From positions 1 to 64,000 of IMG/VR virus record IMGVR_UViG_3300025085_000013: 64,000 nucleotides of DNA, one strand, 5' to 3'. The position numbers and the translations under genes were made by a program. Of this stretch, positions 50,251-60,384 are shown one piece after another; position 1 is the first letter of the stretch; every line of letters starts with the position of its first letter. The stretch comes from an uncultured virus (IMG/VR IMGVR_UViG_3300025085_000013). Lineage: Duplodnaviria > Heunggongvirae > Uroviricota > Caudoviricetes. The notes under the pieces are model-generated. The model had not been told where the DNA came from. It saw nothing but the letters and a program-made list of their open reading frames with translations, and did not search any database.

Positions 50251-52104
50251 TTATGAATCTATAGTCATACTGACCACACTAGAAATATAATCAGCAGTTA
50301 CACTACGATCTACTTTCTGTGGGCTATTTTTAATATTGCTTATTTGGCTATTCTTTGCGTCGCCAGGTGCAGCGGATCCAGTAAAACGTGAACTTTGATT
50401 ATCTTGGAGGTTAGCACCTTTAGGTTTAACTGAGCCATAAGTAGCTTTATCTATACCGGCTAAATTAAGTACATCTTCTTCGCTTGCAGCCGATGCATAA
50501 ATTCTACCACGACCTGCATTAAACATATTTTCTATATCTCCTTTATCTCTAGGCTTACCATGTTTAAGATCTATTTCAAATTTTACCTCCATTGGAAAAT
50601 CATCATAACCTAACCCTTGGCCTAATGTCATAACTGAATTATCGCAATACATATTCCCCATCATTACAATTGGATTTAACGGATTACCTACAGTAACATG
50701 CCAATCACCTGTAGGCTCTGCACTAATTAATGCTTTAGTTGCCTGTGTTCCACCAACTGAACCAACATTAGAACTTAAAAATCCACCTAATACATTCCCT
50801 AGTAACGTTTTACCAACCTTTTTAAATCCTTCTATTGAATTAGGTAAATTAAATTCACCAGTACCTCCACCAAAAACATTACTAAAACCTTTTTCTACAT
50901 CAGTAACAACACTGCCTATATAACCACTAAAGTCACCTTGTTTTAATTTATTTATGTCACCAAATTGACTAGATACATATCCACCACTACCATAATATCT
51001 TTGACCTCCTCCGAAGAATTGACCATTATTATAAGTCATAGTTAACATATTACTCATTATATCAATCATTGCAATTTTAGGATTAACATAATTAAGAGAT
51101 TTTAATTGATACTCAAAATTAAGTTTCATATCTTGTTGAAAATTTAAACCGGTATCTCTAATCATTGTTTTATTAACAACATTAACTGGTCCTATTACAA
51201 AGTTGGCATATGTAGTACCTAGCTTATCAGATGTACCGTTTAATGACTTTGAAAATTTTTGCCTAGAGCTAACACCTTTAAGAGAATCAGCTAAAGCCTG
51301 ACCACCCTTTCCCATTTTAGTATAAATTGGTTGCTGTGTATATCCACCATCACCACTACTTATACTTTCCATTTCAGATTTAACTTCTTTATAACTAAGA
51401 CCATAAGAAAAAGTTAACATATCTTCTAGCTTATTACCACTCTTCTCTCCTAAGTAAGTAACAGCAGTAACTCCAGCAACTTGAGTAGCATCAACAGCTT
51501 CATCAGTCTTAACCGTTTTACCATCTTTACTACCTGGTGTTTTTGCTAAGTCAAATATATTGTCTTCTACTGGTGTTGGGAATCTTCTTAATGTAACAAG
51601 ATGATTAACAGGTATTTTTTTATAGTATTTACAATATAGAAAATCAGAAGCACTATAACCTATTTTAGGATAATTAGTATTAAAGTATTCAATTAACTTT
51701 GCTATAGATACTCTTTTAGAAGCATCACCACCCATAGCAGGATTTGCCGTTGCTGTTATTTCACTAGACTTCCCATCTTGGCTTGTACCTATTGTCGGGC
51801 CATCAAAGTAACCATTAAATACTTCACCACCAGTAAGACCACCATACATTCCTCTAAAATTAAATAAAGCAAACTTATTAAAAATAGATCTAGGAATTTC
51901 CGCCTTCATACCAGATGGTACTGCTATTGAATCGGCTTCTGCTTTATTTTGATAAAATGATTTATATACACCTTCTGTAATATCTTTAGCTAAACCAGCA
52001 GATTCACCACCAAATGCACCTAATTTTAAGCTAGTGCTTTTATTAGGGTTTGTTGGAAACATCGCATCATTTATACTACCTACTGCATCACTAAAACCTC
52101 CCAT
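50251..52104 (-). CDS. Baseplate/tail-associated structural protein (617 aa)
   Basis: Heads the baseplate operon; C-terminal DDFPMEVKFEIDL is reminiscent of gp48-type tube caps. Confidence 0.4.
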   Translation of the reverse strand: MGGFSDAVGSINDAMFPTNPNKSTSLKLGAFGGESAGLAKDITEGVYKSFYQNKAEADSIAVPSGMKAEIPRSIFNKFALFNFRGMYGGLTGGEVFNGYFDGPTIGTSQDGKSSEITATANPAMGGDASKRVSIAKLIEYFNTNYPKIGYSASDFLYCKYYKKIPVNHLVTLRRFPTPVEDNIFDLAKTPGSKDGKTVKTDEAVDATQVAGVTAVTYLGEKSGNKLEDMLTFSYGLSYKEVKSEMESISSGDGGYTQQPIYTKMGKGGQALADSLKGVSSRQKFSKSLNGTSDKLGTTYANFVIGPVNVVNKTMIRDTGLNFQQDMKLNFEYQLKSLNYVNPKIAMIDIMSNMLTMTYNNGQFFGGGQRYYGSGGYVSSQFGDINKLKQGDFSGYIGSVVTDVEKGFSNVFGGGTGEFNLPNSIEGFKKVGKTLLGNVLGGFLSSNVGSVGGTQATKALISAEPTGDWHVTVGNPLNPIVMMGNMYCDNSVMTLGQGLGYDDFPMEVKFEIDLKHGKPRDKGDIENMFNAGRGRIYASAASEEDVLNLAGIDKATYGSVKPKGANLQDNQSSRFTGSAAPGDAKNSQISNIKNSPQKVDRSVTADYISSVVSMTIDS

Positions 52105-52125
52105 AAGTTAAACTCTTATTTTTTG

Positions 52126-52134
52126 TATATATTC
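52126..52134 (-). promoter_or_regulatory. Putative late promoter GAATATATA
   Basis: 22 nt before the ATG at 52104. Confidence 0.55.
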
Positions 52135-52696
52135 AGCTTAAGCTGTTGAGATACTTATCTATGTCAATATCACCTCTTTGGAATTTATCTAACCAACCTT
52201 TTTTAAATCTAGCATTAAACTCCTGTGAGCTATCAGTTGAAAGAGAACCTTTAAAAAATGGCCTTGATGATATATCTCTTATTTCTTTTAGGTTTTTTGA
52301 TATTATATAAAACTGAACTTTTTCAAATAAACCTTGTAAATCATTTTTAGTTTTTTTACACATAACAGATTCTACTATTACATAAAACCGTTCCCTATCA
52401 TTTTCATTAAACCTATCTTCTAATGATTTTACATTTTTGAAGTCTTCTTTTTTAAGTGGCATTTTTCTGGCTCTATTATCAAACTCATATTTAAAATTCA
52501 TATCAAAAAAATTGGATTTTAAATATTTCATATTATCATACATTTTAATAATGCGAATTTGATACTGTGGATTAATAGGATCCCACTGCGTATCCATGAT
52601 AAGACCTTTTATAGGTAATAAAACATTAGGCCTACTAAAAGAAGATAATAGACAATAAACAGTTTGGCCTTTTGTAAATATTCTATGGGCTTTCAT
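52133..52696 (-). CDS. Hypothetical protein
   Basis: 187-aa ORF overlapping its upstream neighbour. Confidence 0.6.
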   Translation of the reverse strand: MKAHRIFTKGQTVYCLLSSFSRPNVLLPIKGLIMDTQWDPINPQYQIRIIKMYDNMKYLKSNFFDMNFKYEFDNRARKMPLKKEDFKNVKSLEDRFNENDRERFYVIVESVMCKKTKNDLQGLFEKVQFYIISKNLKEIRDISSRPFFKGSLSTDSSQEFNARFKKGWLDKFQRGDIDIDKYLNSLS

Positions 52697-53082
52697 TCAA
52701 ATTCTATAATGTTCTCAAATAGATCTGCGCTACCGTTTACATTAATTTCTGGTGAATGATATATGTTGTATTTTAATTCTCTATCGGTTAAAGATTCTAC
52801 ATATGTCTTTATACCTGTTACTGTAGATTCATTAAGATTACCAAGTACATAAAAAATTGAAGAAGTAGTATTTCTATCCAATACAGTTTGCAACTGCTTC
52901 ATAAGATAAGACGATACAACAGCGTCAGACGGTTCAAATTGATAAAAATCATTCTTGGTTAGTTTGTTAAAAATATCCATGTAATTAATACATTCAATAT
53001 TTCTAGGAACTGCACCTAAAAAGGTTTTTACTCTTACCGCATCCTTTGAGTATATAAAATTAAATTCTATGTTTGTTTCCAT
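52693..53082 (-). CDS. Hypothetical protein
   Basis: 129-aa ORF. Confidence 0.6.
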   Translation of the reverse strand: METNIEFNFIYSKDAVRVKTFLGAVPRNIECINYMDIFNKLTKNDFYQFEPSDAVVSSYLMKQLQTVLDRNTTSSIFYVLGNLNESTVTGIKTYVESLTDRELKYNIYHSPEINVNGSADLFENIIEFE

Positions 53083-53396
53083 TCAGTTAGTAAATCGATC
53101 TCTGCTTGGAGCTCTCTTATTTTACTTTCTAGTTCTTTTTTATTAGGCTCATAATGAGTACCCCATTCCGTCTTTAACCTGAGTACTTCTTTTTCAAATT
53201 TATTACCGCCTTCTAAACCTAGATCCTCGCATAGCTCCCAAAAGAACTTCATAATATATTCGTACTTATTACGGCTTTCATCATTAGATTCATATACATC
53301 TGTTGAAGTCCACTGTTCTTTACCGCCGCCATGATTATCATCGATCACTCTCTTAATAACCCCATTCCTTGCAGGTTCTAAAACGATTTTAATCAT
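53067..53396 (-). CDS. Hypothetical protein
   Basis: 109-aa ORF. Confidence 0.6.
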   Translation of the reverse strand: MIKIVLEPARNGVIKRVIDDNHGGGKEQWTSTDVYESNDESRNKYEYIMKFFWELCEDLGLEGGNKFEKEVLRLKTEWGTHYEPNKKELESKIRELQAEIDLLTEWKQT

Positions 53397-53763
53397 TAAG
53401 TCTATTATTTAAAGATTCTCTTGCTTCTTTCATTAGCTTTCTTGCTACCTTTTTATCGGTATGCCATGATTCTTTATCTTTAACAGTTAAAATAGCATCA
53501 GCTTCTCTTAACATTTCAATTTCTTTATCATTATAGCCAACTTCTTTCCATGCTATAATTTTACTTTCTTCCATGCTCTCAAGCTGTTCTGTAATTTTCT
53601 TCTCTACTGCATCAGTGTTAGCTTTATGTAATTCTATACCTTTATCAATAGATGCCTTTGTGAGTTTCATCCATTCATTAAAAGGTAAGTTTCTTTTCGC
53701 CTTTAGTATACCTTGATACTTCATCGCTAATCTTCTCTGTCTTCTATTCGGTGCTTGTGTCAT
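53389..53763 (-). CDS. Hypothetical protein
   Basis: 124 aa; PNRRQRR N-terminus common in phage proteins. Confidence 0.6.
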   Translation of the reverse strand: MTQAPNRRQRRLAMKYQGILKAKRNLPFNEWMKLTKASIDKGIELHKANTDAVEKKITEQLESMEESKIIAWKEVGYNDKEIEMLREADAILTVKDKESWHTDKKVARKLMKEARESLNNRLND

Positions 53764-53799
53764 GTGATTGATTTTATTATATATTATACCTTAAATTGC

Positions 53800-54285
53800 T
53801 TAGTCAATTTTATATCTAGTTTTAATTAATTCTTTAATACTATCAAAAAGACTATCCAAAATTAAATCTTCTGATATTTGATTTTTAATAAATGATTCTA
53901 GTTCCTCGTTTACTTCTTCACTATCAAATGATGAACTAATAATTTCATAAATAGCCTTTTTAGGGACACTTATTGGAAAGGTAAGATTCAGTTTTACTTT
54001 ATCATTCTTTTTCTGCTTATCAAAAAGAGTTCTTATTGGAGATGAGGTTTCTTTTTGTGGTGGCAATTTTTCTTTATAGACCTCTGCTTTTATTGATGCT
54101 GGTGTAGGTGAATTAAAATCTAAAGGATCTCCATCCAAAGGTTCTAAAAATTCAGATATTAGATTAGTTGATATTCTTCCACCACTCTCAAATATAGTCC
54201 ACCCATCCTCGGTAGTTTTAATAACTTCTACCGACCCTATCTTATCACCTTTAATCCACTGTAGTTTTTCTTCTATACTTTCCAT
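53800..54285 (-). CDS. Hypothetical protein
   Basis: 161-aa ORF. Confidence 0.6.
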   Translation of the reverse strand: MESIEEKLQWIKGDKIGSVEVIKTTEDGWTIFESGGRISTNLISEFLEPLDGDPLDFNSPTPASIKAEVYKEKLPPQKETSSPIRTLFDKQKKNDKVKLNLTFPISVPKKAIYEIISSSFDSEEVNEELESFIKNQISEDLILDSLFDSIKELIKTRYKID

Positions 54286-54344
54286 ACTATTATCCCTTTA
54301 TAGTTATTATACATAAAAAAATAAAATTGTTTTAAATTTAAATA

Positions 54345-57300
54345 TTATGATGGATCACTGATAAATACCTTATATGTAATATTGACTTCATCTAGCTCCA
54401 AAGTTCCACCTTTACTAGCTGCAAACCCCAAGAAAATCCTTGTAGTTGATGGATTAACGGGTACACTAATATTAAAGCTTGCTGTGCCACATAAGAATTT
54501 TCCAGCATTTACATCTTGGTCGTCAAAGACGGTAAATTGAGCATTAGAGAATGTTATACCATCATCAGGCCCTAAGCCAGTTAAGGCCATCATGTCATCG
54601 CCGGTTCCGCCGGTTGATGGAGGAATTATATCACCACATTCCCACGTCCACATTTTCACATGAAAATCACCAGTATTTGAAACACCTGTATTATTTGTAA
54701 AAACAGTGAAGTACACATTGTATTGTTTACTACCAGCTACAACCGATTCATTTGGTACTACACCACAGGTCATGGTTGTAGGTCTTGCTTGATCAGCCCT
54801 GGTAGGCCCATGAGCTCCCACAGATGTTATTTCACCAATTACTATACCGCCTGGGTAAGAACCTCCTTGTACCGTCCTAGCCCAAATCGAATCAGACCAA
54901 CCACCTAGGAGTGCCAATCCGCCACTAGAAGCCGCCGCATCACCTACCTGCCATCCAGCAGTATTGTAATTAGGAAGACCATCACTTACTACTATAGAAC
55001 TTTCAAATTGAGGAGCAATTGAAGTTCCGCTGCCTCCTGTTATACCTTGTGTACCTTGTGTACCAGTAGTACCTTGTACTCCTGTTATGTTATAAGATAT
55101 TGAATATGTATCACCTGCAGCAAATTGCCCGTCACCAGCAATATATTGAAGAGCGATTAAGAGGGAATTGGTACCGGAGGTTGGATTACCATTTACTAAA
55201 TAGATACCGAATTGTGACGGATCATCTACTTTATATAAAGCTATTTGATCACCTGAAGAGATTCCTGCTAACCAACCATCAACGACAGAGGCATTAGCAT
55301 CAGTTTTTGAAATATTTACAAGTGATGCTAATGATGGGTCATTATTAGAAATATTAAAATCATTATTTGCAGGTGCACCTGCACCGGAAGTTGAATTACA
55401 AATCCATCTTAAAGCATTTGCACCATCTACACCATTTACACCTACACCTTGAATACCTTGAATACCTTGGGTACCTTGAATACCTTGAATACCTTGTGTT
55501 CCTGCAGTACCTGGCTGACTAACACAATAAACTACTTCATCATCTCCACTAAAAGTTTGATTAGGTCCACTAACCCATACAACAGTATAAACTAAATTTC
55601 CTGTCGGTGTTGTCACTAGAGTTACTTCATAATTATCAGGATTAGAATAAGTACCATCAGAACTTTGGGAAAATGAAAGTATTGAGCCTACTACTGCCGC
55701 TTGATTATTACTAGAAGTTGGACTAATAAACACCTGTGTTACTAAATTAGCAGTTGCATTATTAACAGCGAATGTCCCAGGAGCGGTACCACCTATTGTA
55801 AATACCTCTCTATTTATTAGTTCACAACCTGGTCCAACTATTAGTGGACCTGCCTGGTATGTACATACAGTATAAACAGGGCTAGGATTATTAGCTAAAA
55901 GAAAAGCACCACTAATTATAGTAATATTATAAATTATACCATTAGAAGGTTGAAGGGCCGCAGGAATTTTACTGTCAACCCTAAGTATCATCTTATTAGC
56001 TGGTGTAGCTGGATCTTGTATAGTAATCGTAGCGTTTTCATTTAATGCATTATCTCCAATAAACTGACAACCTGAAGTATTACCGATGAATACCTGCGTT
56101 GGTGTTGAGTTATCAACTTGTACATATTGTTGTACAGTAGATGAAAATCCATTATTAAAAAACGCAGTAGGAGTAAAACACCCACCTTCTGCGCCGGTTG
56201 TTCCTTGTGTTCCTTGATCACCAGTTATACCTTGTGTTCCTTGTAAACCAGTGATACCTTGAATACCTTGAGTTCCAGTACCTTCAATACCTTGTAAACC
56301 TTGAGTTCCTTGTAAACCAGTGATACCTTGAATACCTTGAGTACCTTGAGTTCCTGTGCCTTCAATACCTTGAGTTCCTTGTAAACCTTGAATACCTTGT
56401 AAACCAGTTATACCTTGTGTTCCTTGTAAACCAGTGATACCTTGAATACCTTGAATTCCAGTTCCAGTTATACCTTGGGTTCCTTGTGTTCCTTGTAAAC
56501 CGGTTATACCTTGAATACCTTGAGTTCCTGTACCTTCAATACCTTGTGTACCTTGAGTTCCTTGTAAACCAGTGATACCTTGTAAACCAGTTATACCTTG
56601 TATACCGGTACCAGTTATACCTTGTGTTCCTTGTGTTCCTTGAATACCAGTGATACCTTGAATACCTTGAGTTCCAGTTCCAGTTATACCTTGGGTTCCT
56701 TGCGTTCCTTGTGCTGAAACACTACCTGCTATACCTTGTATACCTTGTAAACCAGTTATACCTTGAGTTCCAGTTATACCTTGTATACCGGTACCAGTTA
56801 TACCTTGTGTTCCTTGTGTTCCTTGAATACCAGTGATACCTTGAATGCCTTGTGTACCTGTACCTTCAATACCTTGTGTACCTTGAGTTCCTTGCAAACC
56901 AGTGATACCTTGAATACCTTGAGTTCCAGTTCCAGTTATACCTTGAGTTCCTTGTGTTCCTTGAGCCGAAACACTACCTGCTATACCTTGTATACCTTGT
57001 AAACCAATTATACCTTGAATACCCTGAGTTCCAGTTCCAGTTATACCTTGGGTTCCTTGTGTTCCTTGAGCCGAAACGCTACCTGCTATACCTTGTATAC
57101 CTTGTAAACCAGTTATACCCTGAGTTCCAGTTCCAGTAATACCTTGTGTACCTTGTGTTCCTTGAGCCGAAACGCTACCTGCTATACCTTGTATACCTTG
57201 TAAACCAGTTATACCTTGTGCACCTGTACATCCAGCGGTATCAAATCTAACTTCATATACATGATCCAGTGTTCCAATACCACTTGGGCCAGCAAGAAAA

Positions 57301-59282
57301 GTAACAGTTAATTCTCTAAATGTTGTAGAAGAAGAGAGGGCATTAGCATCTACTTCCCATTGCCATTCATCACCGGTTGCCGGATCTTCAATATGCATAA
57401 TTGATCCAGGACAAACATACTCCAAGTATCCTCCTCTATTTATACCATTAGAACCTGTCGTACCCCAGTCTGTTGTATTTAATTCAAAGAAAGTAACATT
57501 ACTAAAATTTGTAGTACTATTTCCAATAAATTCACCAGATGTTGGATCAGCTACACCGGTTGTTGTATTTCTTAAATACCAATTACCTAAATAACCAATA
57601 CCTCCTGTTATACCTTGAATACCTTGTGTACCAAATGTACCTTGTGCGCCTTGCGCGCCAGTTCCTGTAATACCTTGGATACCTTGAATACCTTGAGTAC
57701 CTGCACCAGTAATACCTTGAGTACCTTGGGAACCTGTTATACCTTGTGAACCTATTATACCTTGTGTTCCTTGAGTTCCTTGCGCACCTTTATCTCCTGT
57801 TACAACAAATGATATTAATATGTCTTCATCCATAGTAAATGGTGCAGTTTCAGTAAATGCAACAGGTACTATTTCTAATTCCCACCATGTACCTGGAGCA
57901 GAAGGTCTGTCATATACTTCAGTTATTTGCCAAAGTATAAATTCATTTGAATCAGCCTTTGATGATATCCTAACATGCCCTTTAGGTATAGAAGTACTTG
58001 ATTTTATTGTGTTTAAGAATGTAGATATGTCAGTTCCAGTAACACCATTATCATTTATAGACATAATGGTAGCTAGGCTTTGGTTTGCTGTATTTAAAGA
58101 AGCATAACTAAATCCAGGATCGTCAACTACTAATGTTGTATTAAATTGATAATCAAAAGTAGCACCACCAAAAGTACCATCGGCTCCTGTTACACCTTGA
58201 ATACCTTGTGTACCTTGAATACCTGTAATACCTTGAGTTCCTGCACCTGTAATACCTTGGATACCTTGAATACCTTGAGTTCCTGCACCTGTAATACCTT
58301 GAATACCTTGAATACCTTGAATACCTTGTGTACCTGCGCCTGTAATACCTTGGATACCTTGAATACCTTGAACACCTTGTGTTCCTGTAATACCTTGAAC
58401 GCCTTGTAAACCTTGAATACCTTGTAAACCTTGAATACCTTGAATACCTTGCGTACCTTGTGTACCTTGTGCTCCAGTTAGACCAGCAGAACTAGGTGCA
58501 ATGTTTATCCAATTATTACCATCCCATTGTAAAAGATCAGCATTCTGTACATTAGTTATTGCAACATCATCCAAATAATCAATAAGAGGCTGCCCACTAT
58601 TTAAATTCTGTAATTCAAGAGCACCTTCATCAAAATTATAAACTACGTTATTGTTTGCAGCATCCAATTGGATTTCTAACACTTCACCAGTACCGGTAAC
58701 ATTAGTTACGTTAAGCCCTCTGAATGTTAAATCTTGGCCGCTCATCCCAGCAAATAAATCTTGGCCACCTATTCCTATATTTAAACCTTGATTTACCTCG
58801 CCTGCATTACCATTATTTATTATCTTAATTGCCTTAACTGTATTGTCATATTGAAAACTAATACCTGGGCCTGCTATTAATCTAAGAGTATCATTATCAG
58901 TTGTAGACGCTAATGTAAAATCGAGACCTGCTGCGAGGGCTGGTGTTGGGCCAGTATAATTAACTAATACTTTACCATACCCATTTGATCCACTTACTGT
59001 TATATCACCAGTACCTATACCTCCGATGATATCCCATTCATTAGTATCAAACGAGCCTTGTGTTGTTCTTTTATTAGCTCTCCACCAAGTTAAGGTTTCT
59101 TCCGGAGTCCCAGTAGCACTAACAACTTCAACTGGGTGATATACTACATGCCCGGTATCGTAAGACCTGTTATCTACCCATGGGTTTGCTACTGCCTTGA
59201 AGTTTTCATCTACCTCTCCGTTAAAAAGTTCTCTTTGAACCTCAGTTCTGTAGATGATGTATTCTTTTAGATTGAATGCCAT
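54345..59282 (-). CDS. Giant collagen-like fibre protein (1645 aa)
   Basis: Five G-X-Q/T tracts separated by globular domains. Confidence 0.85.
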   Translation of the reverse strand: MAFNLKEYIIYRTEVQRELFNGEVDENFKAVANPWVDNRSYDTGHVVYHPVEVVSATGTPEETLTWWRANKRTTQGSFDTNEWDIIGGIGTGDITVSGSNGYGKVLVNYTGPTPALAAGLDFTLASTTDNDTLRLIAGPGISFQYDNTVKAIKIINNGNAGEVNQGLNIGIGGQDLFAGMSGQDLTFRGLNVTNVTGTGEVLEIQLDAANNNVVYNFDEGALELQNLNSGQPLIDYLDDVAITNVQNADLLQWDGNNWINIAPSSAGLTGAQGTQGTQGIQGIQGLQGIQGLQGVQGITGTQGVQGIQGIQGITGAGTQGIQGIQGIQGITGAGTQGIQGIQGITGAGTQGITGIQGTQGIQGVTGADGTFGGATFDYQFNTTLVVDDPGFSYASLNTANQSLATIMSINDNGVTGTDISTFLNTIKSSTSIPKGHVRISSKADSNEFILWQITEVYDRPSAPGTWWELEIVPVAFTETAPFTMDEDILISFVVTGDKGAQGTQGTQGIIGSQGITGSQGTQGITGAGTQGIQGIQGITGTGAQGAQGTFGTQGIQGITGGIGYLGNWYLRNTTTGVADPTSGEFIGNSTTNFSNVTFFELNTTDWGTTGSNGINRGGYLEYVCPGSIMHIEDPATGDEWQWEVDANALSSSTTFRELTVTFLAGPSGIGTLDHVYEVRFDTAGCTGAQGITGLQGIQGIAGSVSAQGTQGTQGITGTGTQGITGLQGIQGIAGSVSAQGTQGTQGITGTGTQGIQGIIGLQGIQGIAGSVSAQGTQGTQGITGTGTQGIQGITGLQGTQGTQGIEGTGTQGIQGITGIQGTQGTQGITGTGIQGITGTQGITGLQGIQGIAGSVSAQGTQGTQGITGTGTQGIQGITGIQGTQGTQGITGTGIQGITGLQGITGLQGTQGTQGIEGTGTQGIQGITGLQGTQGTQGITGTGIQGIQGITGLQGTQGITGLQGIQGLQGTQGIEGTGTQGTQGIQGITGLQGTQGLQGIEGTGTQGIQGITGLQGTQGITGDQGTQGTTGAEGGCFTPTAFFNNGFSSTVQQYVQVDNSTPTQVFIGNTSGCQFIGDNALNENATITIQDPATPANKMILRVDSKIPAALQPSNGIIYNITIISGAFLLANNPSPVYTVCTYQAGPLIVGPGCELINREVFTIGGTAPGTFAVNNATANLVTQVFISPTSSNNQAAVVGSILSFSQSSDGTYSNPDNYEVTLVTTPTGNLVYTVVWVSGPNQTFSGDDEVVYCVSQPGTAGTQGIQGIQGTQGIQGIQGVGVNGVDGANALRWICNSTSGAGAPANNDFNISNNDPSLASLVNISKTDANASVVDGWLAGISSGDQIALYKVDDPSQFGIYLVNGNPTSGTNSLLIALQYIAGDGQFAAGDTYSISYNITGVQGTTGTQGTQGITGGSGTSIAPQFESSIVVSDGLPNYNTAGWQVGDAAASSGGLALLGGWSDSIWARTVQGGSYPGGIVIGEITSVGAHGPTRADQARPTTMTCGVVPNESVVAGSKQYNVYFTVFTNNTGVSNTGDFHVKMWTWECGDIIPPSTGGTGDDMMALTGLGPDDGITFSNAQFTVFDDQDVNAGKFLCGTASFNISVPVNPSTTRIFLGFAASKGGTLELDEVNITYKVFISDPS
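56190..57230. repeat. Longest collagen-coding repeat tract
   Basis: GTQ/GIQ/GIT/GLQ repeats with recurring GSVSAQ and GTG interruptions. Confidence 0.9.
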
Positions 59283-59299
59283 TTAATCTTATCTTTTTT

Positions 59300-59308
59300 T
59301 ATTTATTC
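59300..59308 (-). promoter_or_regulatory. Putative late promoter GAATAAATA
   Basis: 18 nt before the ATG at 59282. Confidence 0.55.
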
Positions 59309-59884
59309 AGGTGGTTCATTAATAATAGTAGCATCATCATAAGGAAATTCATCAGTATCTTTTCTTGATGTAAACACCTCTCTTAATTGATTTAAATACC
59401 ATGTCCCTTGTGACCAACCAGGCACTGCATAACACGGTGAGTAAATACCTAATGTATATATTCTATAAATTTCATCCCAATATTTTCTATACTCTTTCAC
59501 TGCTTTGTTAATAAATGAAACTTGTCTATCTACGAGAACTGAACGTTGTGAATTTCTTTGAATATCAAAAGAAGACCCGGTAGTCAATGTAAAATTACCT
59601 GTTAAATCGGATGCTCTATATTCAGTTGTAAATTCATATAGTTCACTTGCTCCTAGGAATAATTGTATAGAAACAATATCACCTATAAAACAAGGATCAA
59701 ATGGGACATAATTATTCTGATAGAATAATTCCATTTCTTCAATACTGTTAAAATCCGTAAATTCAGTTTTTTGATTTACTTGGTCATAAAATCCTACACG
59801 GATTTTAGACACATCTATTTTGTACTTTTTTAAGTAGACAAAAAAATCAAGAGATAGTTTAAATGTTAATGCTTCAACGACCAA
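59303..59884 (-). CDS. Hypothetical protein
   Basis: 193 aa; TTG start. Confidence 0.55.
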   Translation of the reverse strand: MVVEALTFKLSLDFFVYLKKYKIDVSKIRVGFYDQVNQKTEFTDFNSIEEMELFYQNNYVPFDPCFIGDIVSIQLFLGASELYEFTTEYRASDLTGNFTLTTGSSFDIQRNSQRSVLVDRQVSFINKAVKEYRKYWDEIYRIYTLGIYSPCYAVPGWSQGTWYLNQLREVFTSRKDTDEFPYDDATIINEPPE

Positions 59885-59903
59885 AAGTATGTACTATTTT
59901 TTG

Positions 59904-59912
59904 TATATATTC
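59904..59912 (-). promoter_or_regulatory. Putative late promoter GAATATATA
   Basis: 20 nt before the start at 59884. Confidence 0.55.
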
Positions 59913-60384
59913 AGTCCTTTATAGAGTGGTAGTCATTTACTAGGTTAGAAATTTTACCATAGGTCACATTACATTCACTAAATATTTTAAGATGAGACAT
60001 GTCTCTGTAGTCTTGTATCCAATAAACATGCTTAAATCCAGCATTAACTAAAATTTTAGTGCACATTTTACAAGGGGAGAGTGTTAAGAGTATTATGTAA
60101 TTTTGTGGATCATATTCTTGAAACTTGGCAATCATATTTACCTCAGCATGAATAAATCCACTTTCACCAGGTGTTAAAGAATCTTCTTCTGTTCCAGTAT
60201 TTTTATTTGTACCAGCCCCACTATAAGATCCATTATACCCAAAGCTTGCTATTTTACTAAAGTCTTTTTTTAAGGCCATGCAACCAACCTTAGTAGTAGA
60301 AGAATTCGAAAGATCTCTAATACTTAACAAAATATTAGTAAATGCTTTTAGCTTTATTTGAAGTCGCTGAAGTTTGGAATCCAT
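59911..60384 (-). CDS. dCMP deaminase
   Basis: KVGC, GYNG, HAE and PCKMC zinc motifs. Confidence 0.88.
   Translation of the reverse strand: MDSKLQRLQIKLKAFTNILLSIRDLSNSSTTKVGCMALKKDFSKIASFGYNGSYSGAGTNKNTGTEEDSLTPGESGFIHAEVNMIAKFQEYDPQNYIILLTLSPCKMCTKILVNAGFKHVYWIQDYRDMSHLKIFSECNVTYGKISNLVNDYHSIKD

Noticed and set aside
52693..53082. Possible degenerate P-loop kinase fold
   Set aside because: No Walker A motif; the resemblance is too weak without a profile search.
56763..58409. Short repeat ORFs (56763+, 56954+, 58146+, 58190-)
   Set aside because: Off-frame or antisense readings of the collagen tracts.
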